A DNA stretch of 28,630 nucleotides from a virus (Duplodnaviria > Caudoviricetes), in IMG/VR virus record IMGVR_UViG_3300030376_003016, positions 1 through 28,630 of that record; one strand, 5' to 3'. Below the pieces are notes generated by a model. That model searched no databases and was not told the DNA's origin. It saw only the letters and a list, made by a program, of their open reading frames with translations. This document shows positions 1 to 7,611 of this stretch, piece by piece. The translations under genes were made by a program, and so were the position numbers. The first letter of the stretch is position 1; every line of letters begins with the position of its first letter.

Positions 1-126
1 AGATGTTATGAGATAGATGAAACATCAGCACCAGCAAACACTAACGACTATATAAATGTATATGTAGATTGTGATGCCTGTTTAACAGCTAATCCAACTC
101 CTACACCAGTGCCTCCAACTCCAACA
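1..126 (+). repeat. Terminal direct repeat, copy 1 (copy 2 at 28505..28630)
   Basis: Matches 28505-28630 except at positions 78 (C/T), 111 (G/A) and 114 (T/A), all synonymous third positions. Confidence 0.95.
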
Positions 127-870
127 CCAACAGTACCTCCTGGTTGTAATGAATGGGAGTTAGAAGGTGGCTCTGGAGGAGGTACATTTAGTTATACTGA
201 TTGTAGTAGTGCATCGCAAACGGAGAGTGTACCAGATGGTGATTCAGTACCAGTTTGTGCTATAGGTAGACCTACTTTAACAGGTGGTAATGGTACTGTT
301 ACTTTTAATGGACCTTGTGCTACACCAACACCGACACCAGTACCACCAACACCAACTCCTACTCCAACCCCTACTCCAACTCCTACTCCAACTCCGAGTG
401 TGATATATAAGAGGTATTTAGATTGTACTGATCCAACTAACTTATTAGATGTAAGTGGTCCATTTGGTGCAACATTCCCTAACGTACTTAAAGATGGAGC
501 AGTATGTTATGAATATAATAGTGATGCAGGTTCAGGTACAGATGGTGTATATACACTTTATACAGGATTTGCTACTTGTGTAGCTTGTGCTGGTCCAACT
601 CCAACACCTACTCCAACTCCAACTCCTACACCAGTACCATGTAATGCTATTGATTTACGTTTAGAAGGAACATTAGTAGATCCTGTAACTTGTGCAACTA
701 ATGGTACTTTCTATATAAACACAGCTAATTTCTCAACAGCAACAGACTTACACAGAGTAAGCGATTGTACAAGAAAAGCATTAGAAGGTTTCTACTATGA
801 AAATAACTTCTACAGATACTGGCATCCATCAACAGGATTCGGAGCAAGTGGAACTGTAACATGTTTATAA
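1..870 (+). CDS. C-terminal part of large tail-tip protein (continuation of 25952..28630 across the circular junction); Cys-rich modules joined by Pro-Thr linkers
   Basis: Frame +1 is open from base 1 ([37 protein letters not shown]...) to TAA at 868-870. The same peptide is encoded at 28505-28630 in the frame of the 25952 ORF, so GTG at 109 is internal. Confidence 0.85.
   Translation, partial: RCYEIDETSAPANTNDYINVYVDCDACLTANPTPTPVPPTPTPTVPPGCNEWELEGGSGGGTFSYTDCSSASQTESVPDGDSVPVCAIGRPTLTGGNGTVTFNGPCATPTPTPVPPTPTPTPTPTPTPTPTPSVIYKRYLDCTDPTNLLDVSGPFGATFPNVLKDGAVCYEYNSDAGSGTDGVYTLYTGFATCVACAGPTPTPTPTPTPTPVPCNAIDLRLEGTLVDPVTCATNGTFYINTANFSTATDLHRVSDCTRKALEGFYYENNFYRYWHPSTGFGASGTVTCL
322..396 (+). 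repeat. Pro-Thr low-complexity coding repeat (shorter ones at 94-141 and 595-639)
   Basis: CCN ACN codon repeats encoding [25 protein letters not shown]. Confidence 0.95.
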
Positions 871-885
871 CATATAATTTAAAAA

Positions 886-895
886 CTATTTAATA
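886..895 (+). promoter_or_regulatory. CTATTTAATA motif, putative late promoter
   Basis: Starts 13 nt before ATG 899; the same motif and spacing occur at 2515, 11665 and 22797. Confidence 0.6.
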
Positions 896-898
896 GTA

Positions 899-2512
899 AT
901 GGCAACTAAAACATATAATATCGACATTAACGTTCAAAGTAAGACTTTAGGTCAACTGGAGACTCAGTTGGCTGAGGTTAATGAAGAACTTAAACAGGTT
1001 GATAGAAATAGTGAAGCTTTTAAGAATCTTACAAAAGAAGCTCAATCGTTAACTGCTGAAATAAAGAGAACCAATACTCAGATAGAAGGTTTTACTTTTG
1101 AAAAGAAGATAGAGGCAGCAGATGGAGCAGTAAAACTTATGGCTGGTTCTTTAGCATCGGTGGTAGGTGTATTAGGTACTTTAGGTATAGAATCAGAGGC
1201 GTTTGGCGACATGGAACGTAAAGCTGCATCGGCTATAGCGGTTGCTATTGGTATAAAAGATGTATCTGAAGGTATACAAAAATTAAGTCCGGCATTAAAA
1301 GCTGCTGGTTTAGCATTTACTAGGTTCGGTGCTGTTACAAAGGCTGCTCTAATAACCACAGGAGTAGGTTTATTTGTTGTTGCTATTGGTACTATAGCTT
1401 CTTATTGGGATGAGATTAAAGTAGCTATAGGTTTAACTAAAGATGAAAACCAAAAGTTAAACGATAGTTTTGAAGAAACACTTGGATACTCAGAAGATAC
1501 ACTTAATATATTAAAGTTAGAAAAAGGTATTTTAGGTCTTAAAAAACTGGATCAAGATAGTATTAATAAAGAGATACTAAAAGAGTTAGAAGCTCAGGTT
1601 GCTATTACAGAGCAAATGATTCTTCAGAATGAAATAGCTTTACAGGAAAAGGAAGAAGAGAATTCTAAAATAACCAGGTGGGAGAAAATTAAAATGTTGT
1701 TTAATCAGGCAACGGGTAACTTAACTGGTTATGCTGTTGAGTATGCTAAAGCAGTAGACCCTAAATCAGAAGAAACAGCAGCTTTAGAAGAGATTATACA
1801 GGGTTCAAAAGAAAAATTGTTGAATCTTAAAACTGATATACTATCAACAGAAAATGAAATAGTACAGAACAGACAAGTTAACACAGTAAGTACAATAGAA
1901 GGTGTAACGGAGTTTGCTGGTAAAATGGCAGAGGTATTTACTAATTCTAATAAAATTACAACCGATGTTAGTGATGCAACTGGTGAAGCTTTAGAAAAGA
2001 ATAAAAAAGATTACCTACAGGGTATAAGAGAACAAAATGCAGCAGATAGAGCAAGACAACAAGTACTTGCAGAAACAGCAGGAGCATTAGGAGGTTTATC
2101 TATGGCTTTAGGTCAAGGTACAGCAGCAGGTAAAGCTGCAGCAGTAGCAGAGATTGCTTTAACAACAGGTATTGGTTTTGCTAAAGCATTAGAAATAGCA
2201 CAAAAATCAGCAGCAGGAACAGGGCCAGGAGCAGCATTTGCTTTTCCTATCTTTTATGCTACTCAAATAGCAGCAGTGTTAGGAGCTATTGGTCAGGCTA
2301 AAGAAGTAATATCAGGTGTTCAAGGAGGGCCAGCAGTACCGGTTGTTAACCAAGGTAGTATACCACAGGCACCAACATTAAATGAACAAGCTATACCAGT
2401 AGCAGATCCATCAGCAACAGCAGCAGTTAGAGCTTATGTAGTAGCAGGAGATACAAGATCGGCTGATGAGGCAGAAGCAAAAATACAAACAAGAAGAACG
2501 TTCGGTTCCTAA
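899..2512 (+). CDS. Tail tape measure protein (short, 537 aa)
   Basis: N-terminal coiled coil, Ala/Gly-rich hydrophobic helices (ALITTGVGLFVVAIGTIASYWDEIK), C-terminal VRAYVVAGD motif; follows the tail-tip gene. Confidence 0.75.
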   Translation: MATKTYNIDINVQSKTLGQLETQLAEVNEELKQVDRNSEAFKNLTKEAQSLTAEIKRTNTQIEGFTFEKKIEAADGAVKLMAGSLASVVGVLGTLGIESEAFGDMERKAASAIAVAIGIKDVSEGIQKLSPALKAAGLAFTRFGAVTKAALITTGVGLFVVAIGTIASYWDEIKVAIGLTKDENQKLNDSFEETLGYSEDTLNILKLEKGILGLKKLDQDSINKEILKELEAQVAITEQMILQNEIALQEKEEENSKITRWEKIKMLFNQATGNLTGYAVEYAKAVDPKSEETAALEEIIQGSKEKLLNLKTDILSTENEIVQNRQVNTVSTIEGVTEFAGKMAEVFTNSNKITTDVSDATGEALEKNKKDYLQGIREQNAADRARQQVLAETAGALGGLSMALGQGTAAGKAAAVAEIALTTGIGFAKALEIAQKSAAGTGPGAAFAFPIFYATQIAAVLGAIGQAKEVISGVQGGPAVPVVNQGSIPQAPTLNEQAIPVADPSATAAVRAYVVAGDTRSADEAEAKIQTRRTFGS

Positions 2513-2514
2513 AA

Positions 2515-2524
2515 CTATTTAATA
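2515..2524 (+). promoter_or_regulatory. CTATTTAATA motif, putative late promoter
   Basis: Starts 12 nt before ATG 2527. Confidence 0.6.
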
Positions 2525-2526
2525 AT

Positions 2527-3855
2527 ATGAAAATTGTAGAATTACTTATAGACGAATTAGATAAATTATCAGGCTTTGATGCTGTGGCGTTAGTAGAACA
2601 ACCAGCTATTGAATCAGATTTTTATGCATTCAAAAATCAAGACTTAGAAGACATAATAACTTTTGAGTTGATAAAACAAGCAATGTCAGAAAACTTTGAA
2701 GATTTTGACAACCATACAACAGAATCTTATTCTAACCATGATTTACACTTTGACGTCTCTGTCGTTAAAACAGAAGATGGTAATAAGTATGTTATGAATG
2801 GAGAGTTAACGCCAGACTTACATTTAGTTACAGGTAATACCTATTGTTTCGATCAAAGTAATACTACTAACGATACACACGATATAAGAATCAGTCTTAC
2901 TAAAGACGGTACTTGGGGTGGAGGAAAAGAATTTAACAAAGGTGTAGCTATAATGGGTAAAAAGTTATACTTACAAATAACTGACTCTACTCCAAAAGAA
3001 TTGTACTACTACTGTATTAATCATGCAGGTATGGCTAATGATGCAAGAATATATATAGATACAGAACAAAGAGAAAACTTTGCAAGCTATACAGACTATC
3101 CTCAAGCAGCTACAAACAATGCTAAAAGAGCATTAAAATATGCAGAAAAAGAAGGTTGGGGATCTTGTGGTACACCAGTAGGTAAAGCTAGAGCTAATCA
3201 ATTAGCAAAAAGAGAGCCTATTTCTGAAGATACTATAGCAAGAATGGCATCATTTGAAAGACACAGAAGAAATTCAGATACTCCTTATGGTGAAGGATGT
3301 GGTAAATTAATGTGGGATGCATGGGGTGGAGATGCAGGCATAGCATGGGCTCAGAGAAAGTTAAAACAAATTCGTAAAGAAGAACAGTCAAAGCAAAATA
3401 TCTTTCAGGAGAGCTTCTCTATTACAGGTAAAAACGATGCATATAAGTTTGCTTTAGATACAGATCAAATGAGAGTAACTGGTGCATTGATGGTACCGGA
3501 CAAGCTTATAAAAAGATACGATCAAGAAGGTAATGAATACTTCGTTTATTTTTCTAAAAATACAATCAAGCAGATAGCTGATAAGATGATGAAGAATAAA
3601 TTACTAGATAAAATGAATTTAGAGCATGATCCAAACCAACCGGTAGAAGGTTTTATGACCGAAACGTGGATTGTTGAAGATGGTATGAAAGATAAGTCTA
3701 GATCTTATGGTTTTGATTTCCCAGAAGGAACATGGGTTGGTACTTACCAAATAGAGAATGAAGACATATGGGAGTTAGTAAAAAATAAAACAGTAAAGGG
3801 TTTCAGCATAGAAGGTTTCTTCTCAGATAAACTAATACAAGCTAAAAAAGCTTAA
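2527..3855 (+). CDS. XkdF-like putative prohead serine protease with inserted cupredoxin-like and helical domains
   Basis: N-terminal AVALVEQPAIESDF and C-terminal GALMVPDKLIKR..YFSKNTI..NLEH..ETWIVED..GTW..GFSIEG match XkdF/Peptidase_S78_2-type phage proteins. Inserts: H..YYYCINHAGM and YTDYP..CGTPVG..WDAWGG. Confidence 0.7.
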   Translation: MKIVELLIDELDKLSGFDAVALVEQPAIESDFYAFKNQDLEDIITFELIKQAMSENFEDFDNHTTESYSNHDLHFDVSVVKTEDGNKYVMNGELTPDLHLVTGNTYCFDQSNTTNDTHDIRISLTKDGTWGGGKEFNKGVAIMGKKLYLQITDSTPKELYYYCINHAGMANDARIYIDTEQRENFASYTDYPQAATNNAKRALKYAEKEGWGSCGTPVGKARANQLAKREPISEDTIARMASFERHRRNSDTPYGEGCGKLMWDAWGGDAGIAWAQRKLKQIRKEEQSKQNIFQESFSITGKNDAYKFALDTDQMRVTGALMVPDKLIKRYDQEGNEYFVYFSKNTIKQIADKMMKNKLLDKMNLEHDPNQPVEGFMTETWIVEDGMKDKSRSYGFDFPEGTWVGTYQIENEDIWELVKNKTVKGFSIEGFFSDKLIQAKKA

Positions 3856-3868
3856 TATATATATATAT

Positions 3869-4039
3869 ATGCAATACTCTATCAAAGAATATCAACTAGC
3901 AGGATTCTTTTCCTCTGGTTCAATAGGATTTTTACACTTTCAAGATTTAATAATGGCAGTACTTTTAGGGTTCTTCGGAGCTTTAGGAGCATGGTGCTTC
4001 CAACGTATTGTAAATAAAATAAAAAAGGGTAAAAACTAA
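3869..4039 (+). CDS. 56-aa membrane protein, holin-like (not in ORF track)
   Basis: MQYSIKEYQLAGFFSSGSIGFLHFQDLIMAVLLGFFGALGAWCFQRIVNKIKKGKN*: hydrophobic segments plus a basic C-terminus; preceded by a (TA)n run at 3856-3870. Confidence 0.6.
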   Translation: MQYSIKEYQLAGFFSSGSIGFLHFQDLIMAVLLGFFGALGAWCFQRIVNKIKKGKN

Positions 4040-4074
4040 CAAAACCTTTTCGTCCGTAACAGTGTCTTTACCCC
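4021..4074 (-). terminator. Intrinsic terminator-like hairpin with 27-nt loop
   Basis: Minus strand GGGGTAAAGAC-N27-GTTTTTACCCT followed by a T run, just downstream of the 4114..4608 gene. Confidence 0.55.
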
Positions 4075-4113
4075 TTCTTTTAAAAAGTACATATAACTAC
4101 GTGAACAGCATAA

Positions 4114-4608
4114 CTAGTTAGTACTTTTTTTACTAGAGTGTATAAATCTAGTTGTATGTATTTGGTTAAGCATAGGATTAAGTCTTTTAATCCATTTTTT
4201 TTCTGCATCTAACCTATTTCTTTTATCTTTTTGTTCCTCTAAAACAAACCAAGTTATTATTTTAGCACCTTTTGCTCCAACGTTACCTGGTTGTTTACCC
4301 CTATGTTGTAATACTCTAGAGGTAATCTTATCTGAAGCTCCTACATATAAACCTTTGGTAGTTATGAGTAAGTAAACTCCTTTTCTTTGTCTCTTCCAAT
4401 AATCTTTCTGAGCTTTATAAGCAATTACATTCCATCTCTTAGGATTATCTTTCCTCCATTTAGCTGAGGTATGCTTAGTCATCTTATTATAGTGACATTT
4501 TCTACAGTAGGTATAAGTGTACTTTTTTAAAGTTCTTTTGTTTATAATTGTATAAAAGTCTTCAATTGGTAACTCTTTACTACACTTAGTACAGTCTCTA
4601 GTATGCAT
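4114..4608 (-). CDS. Zn-ribbon + GIY-YIG endonuclease
   Basis: CTKC...CRKC at the N-terminus; GVYLLITTKGLYVGAS..R..QH..E (AEKKWI)..N GIY-YIG catalytic pattern. Confidence 0.8.
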   Translation of the reverse strand: MHTRDCTKCSKELPIEDFYTIINKRTLKKYTYTYCRKCHYNKMTKHTSAKWRKDNPKRWNVIAYKAQKDYWKRQRKGVYLLITTKGLYVGASDKITSRVLQHRGKQPGNVGAKGAKIITWFVLEEQKDKRNRLDAEKKWIKRLNPMLNQIHTTRFIHSSKKSTN

Positions 4609-4891
4609 CTGGGTTAAGATTATGATCGTTTGCTATCTTAACAACAATGTCGTATTGACCTATTGTTAACGTATCATAACCATTGTTCAGTAAGTTTTCT
4701 AAGAAAGAAGTATTACTATTATTAGCTTTCTGTAATTCTATAAGCTTATTAATTAACTTACTATCTTTACTAACTAACTTTACTTCTTTATTTGTATTAA
4801 CTACTTCTTTAGTACTATCTAAACTATCTTTTAACTGTTTAATTATACCTTCTATAGTAGTTAACTTATTTAGGATTGTTTCTTTATTCAT
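4598..4891 (-). CDS. Hypothetical coiled-coil protein (97 aa)
   Basis: ATG start, AT-rich leader, promoter at 4927-4958; overlaps the start of the downstream nuclease. Confidence 0.7.
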   Translation of the reverse strand: MNKETILNKLTTIEGIIKQLKDSLDSTKEVVNTNKEVKLVSKDSKLINKLIELQKANNSNTSFLENLLNNGYDTLTIGQYDIVVKIANDHNLNPDAY

Positions 4892-4926
4892 TTTATTATT
4901 TTTGGTTAAACATTTATTTATATATT

Positions 4927-4958
4927 ATAATATAGCAAGAAAATTCCATTCCACCAAC
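4927..4958 (-). promoter_or_regulatory. Host-type (Bacteroidota-like) promoter
   Basis: Minus strand GTTG-N20-TATATTAT. Confidence 0.7.
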
Positions 4959-5013
4959 AAAAGTTGGATATTTTTTTCTTATACCGGTATAAATTTATTT
5001 TATACTATAAAAA

Positions 5014-5045
5014 GTTGTATAAATGAAAATAAGTTCTTATATTAT
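5014..5045 (+). promoter_or_regulatory. Host-type promoter for the glycosyltransferase cassette
   Basis: GTTG(5014-5017)-N20-TATATTAT(5038-5045). Confidence 0.7.
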
Positions 5046-5092
5046 AACTGAGGGGTTTGGGGTTTATAGGTATATATATAATAAAGAGATAT

Positions 5093-5191
5093 ATGCAACA
5101 AGATAAACTTACCTGGAAAGAGTTTGAAGAGAAGATAGATGAAATCTTCGATAAAATAACTCAGTTAATACAAGATACAAATGGCAGATAA
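5093..5191 (+). CDS. 32-aa small acidic helical peptide (not in ORF track)
   Basis: MQQDKLTWKEFEEKIDEIFDKITQLIQDTNGR*; first ORF after the promoter, overlapping the GT60 start. Confidence 0.5.
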   Translation: MQQDKLTWKEFEEKIDEIFDKITQLIQDTNGR

Positions 5192-6440
5192 AATATTCAT
5201 ACAGATTCCATCATACAGGGATCCTGAACTTATACCTACAATAGAAGATTGTTTAGAAAAAGCTAAATACCCAGAAAGGTTAACTTTTGGTATATGTTGG
5301 CAACACCATGAAGAAGACGAATGGGATAACTTAGACAAGTATAAAGACAATCCTAATTTTACAATTATAGACATACCTTGGGATGAAAGTAAAGGATTAT
5401 GTTGGGCTAGAGGGTTAGTTCAAAAATTATGGAAAGGTGAACAATATACACTTCAGTTAGATTCACATCATAGGTTTTTACAAGATTGGGATGTAGAGTT
5501 AATAGAAATGATGAAGCTAACAGGTTCAGAAAAACCTATAATTACTTCTTATGCTGGAATGTATGACCCTAATACTAATTCAAAAATAAACCAAGAACCG
5601 TATAAGATGGTTGCTAAACGTTTTACAGCAGGAGGTACTATTTTATTTTTTCCTGAATCAATACCAAACCATACCTCATTAACTAAACCAATACCGGGTA
5701 GATTTGTAAGTGGTCACTTTTACTTTACTTTAGGTATACATTGTGAGGAATACAAATATGATCCAGACTTATATTTTGCTGGTGATGAAATAAGTCTATC
5801 TATTAGGTCTTTTACTTTAGGTTATGATATATTTCACCCACATAAGACAGTGGTATGGCATGAATATACAAGAGAGGGTAGAGTTAAACATTGGGATGAC
5901 CATATATCAGAAAATGTAGAACAAATATGGACTGATAGAAACAATATTAGTCTTAAAAGGTTAAGACAAATGCTACAGGAAGAAGATAATGGAACAGATA
6001 TTGGTGAGTATGGATTAGGTACTGTAAGAACTCATAGAGAGTATGAAAATTATGCTGGTATAGACTTTGCTAATAGGGTATTACATGAAAGAACAATTAA
6101 AGGTGAAACACCTCCTATAGCAGATGACAACGATGTTGAATGGAGAACCCTTAAACCACAAGACTATACTATAGAGGTAGATTGGACTGAACATTGGCAT
6201 AAAATAAAATCTCAGACCAGCTGTACTTGTAAATTTGATTTTATTTACTTAGGTATAGAAAATAAAAATAACCAACTCTTACATAGACAAGATTTAACTC
6301 AAGAAGACTTTTTAAATGGCATTAAGACTAATACAACTCTTAAGTTTACAGCATTTAGTAAACCGTTTAAAGCCGTGTTATGGCCTCATAAAAAAGATGG
6401 AGATTGGTTACAACGTATAGACTTTGATTTACCAGCTTAG
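5181..6440 (+). CDS. GT60-family (Pfam GlcNAc-like) polypeptide/hydroxyproline alpha-GlcNAc-transferase-like glycosyltransferase
   Basis: IFIQIPSYRDPEL, A..PERLTFGIC, SKGLCWAR, LQLDSHHRF..DWD (DxH), YFAGDEISLSIRSFTLGYDIFHP, YGLGTVRT..EYE.YAGIDF. Confidence 0.85.
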   Translation: MADKIFIQIPSYRDPELIPTIEDCLEKAKYPERLTFGICWQHHEEDEWDNLDKYKDNPNFTIIDIPWDESKGLCWARGLVQKLWKGEQYTLQLDSHHRFLQDWDVELIEMMKLTGSEKPIITSYAGMYDPNTNSKINQEPYKMVAKRFTAGGTILFFPESIPNHTSLTKPIPGRFVSGHFYFTLGIHCEEYKYDPDLYFAGDEISLSIRSFTLGYDIFHPHKTVVWHEYTREGRVKHWDDHISENVEQIWTDRNNISLKRLRQMLQEEDNGTDIGEYGLGTVRTHREYENYAGIDFANRVLHERTIKGETPPIADDNDVEWRTLKPQDYTIEVDWTEHWHKIKSQTSCTCKFDFIYLGIENKNNQLLHRQDLTQEDFLNGIKTNTTLKFTAFSKPFKAVLWPHKKDGDWLQRIDFDLPA

Positions 6441-6442
6441 AA

Positions 6443-7009
6443 TTGAACTTAGGTGATCAAATAATAGCATTTGCAACAGGCAAGAGAGTATTTAACAAAG
6501 AACTTCAGAAGTTATATAACTACAAATACGAGTTTGATGTTTCTTCTAAACCAACCATACAGCCTATAAACTATACTTATAAACCATCTATTTTTAAAGG
6601 TAAATACTTAACTTACCAGTTTGATAAAAGTTTTAAACAAAGAACCTGGTGTAAAGAACACATATTTGACAATAGACAACTACAAGCTATATACAAATAT
6701 TACGAATCTCAAGGTTATAAAATGGTGGACATAGGTAATAACAAGTATTCGTTAACAGAAACTGCTGATATTATAAACAGTTCAGAAGGACACATAGGTT
6801 TATGTAGTGGAATGGGTTGGTTTTCATTAGCTTGTGGTAAAAAACCTGTAATATGGTACTCTACTAACACTAACTGTAAGTATTTAACAAGTTTTAAACA
6901 ATGGTGGTTACACAATAAAGCTAGCGTTAAGTATTTTGATGAAAATTTTAATAAAACAAATTGTAATATAGCTATAGATGGAAAAAAGTACAATTATACT
7001 GGTAGGTAA
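6443..7009 (+). CDS. Minimal GT9/heptosyltransferase-like glycosyltransferase
   Basis: TTG start; N-terminal LGDQI and C-terminal SLTETADIINSSEGHIGLCSGMGWFSLACGKKPVIW resemble GT-B GT9 motifs. Confidence 0.6.
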   Translation: MNLGDQIIAFATGKRVFNKELQKLYNYKYEFDVSSKPTIQPINYTYKPSIFKGKYLTYQFDKSFKQRTWCKEHIFDNRQLQAIYKYYESQGYKMVDIGNNKYSLTETADIINSSEGHIGLCSGMGWFSLACGKKPVIWYSTNTNCKYLTSFKQWWLHNKASVKYFDENFNKTNCNIAIDGKKYNYTGR

Positions 7010-7532
7010 TGGACCTTCTTTGTTAGACAATAAAAACGGTAGTAAAATAGATAGTTTTGATACTGTATTAAGGTTTAATTTATACAATACCGATAAACAT
7101 TCTGAATATACCGGAGTAAAGACCAATATATGGTTTACAGTATCTAATGTAAGGATAACAAAAAGAAAAGTAGATGAGGTTTACTTTCATGGCTGGTATA
7201 AAGATAAAGAAACACACCCATACTACTTAAAACTACAAGAGTACTTTGATAACACTAAAGTAATTAGTGATGAACTATTGACAGAAATGAGAAGACATTT
7301 TGATACAAATTACGGTATGTTTAGTACCGGTATGATTGCTATATATGTTATGTTGAAGCAATATGAGCAAATAACCCTAACAGGTTTTGACTGGTGGAAT
7401 AAAGAATATAAATTACACCATTACTTCGATTCTAATGAACCTCAATTTAAAGAAGTTAAAGGGAATGGACATCAACCAAGTTTAGAAAAACAATTTATAA
7501 ACTCATTTGGTGATAGAATAAAATGGTTATAA
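6978..7532 (+). CDS. GT29 sialyltransferase-like glycosyltransferase
   Basis: All four sialylmotif-like elements: L (LVGNGPSLL..GSKIDSFDTVLRFN..G.KT), S (STGMIAI..ITLTGFD), III (HHYFD), VS (HQPSLE). Confidence 0.8.
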   Translation: MEKSTIILVGNGPSLLDNKNGSKIDSFDTVLRFNLYNTDKHSEYTGVKTNIWFTVSNVRITKRKVDEVYFHGWYKDKETHPYYLKLQEYFDNTKVISDELLTEMRRHFDTNYGMFSTGMIAIYVMLKQYEQITLTGFDWWNKEYKLHHYFDSNEPQFKEVKGNGHQPSLEKQFINSFGDRIKWL

Positions 7533-7547
7533 TACACTATATATATT

Positions 7548-7573
7548 CTATTTAGGACAAAGCCTATTTATTT
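7548..7573 (+). promoter_or_regulatory. Two CTATTTA motifs upstream of scaffold/capsid operon
   Basis: CTATTTAG at 7548 and CTATTTAT at 7564. Confidence 0.5.
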
Positions 7574-7611
7574 TTATAGGAAATTACTTTTAACCCTAAA
7601 AATCTTTTAAT

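Noticed and set aside
1-126. Diversity-generating retroelement TR/VR pair
   Set aside because: No reverse transcriptase; differences are all synonymous and one is not at an adenine
109-870. Stand-alone 253-aa gene starting at GTG 109
   Set aside because: The frame is open to base 1 and continues the 25952 ORF; the same codon is GTA in the repeat copy
5181-7532. Eukaryotic or giant-virus origin of the contig because of GT60/GT29
   Set aside because: Terminase, portal, capsid and tail genes, bacterial promoters, terminators and translational coupling indicate a bacteriophage
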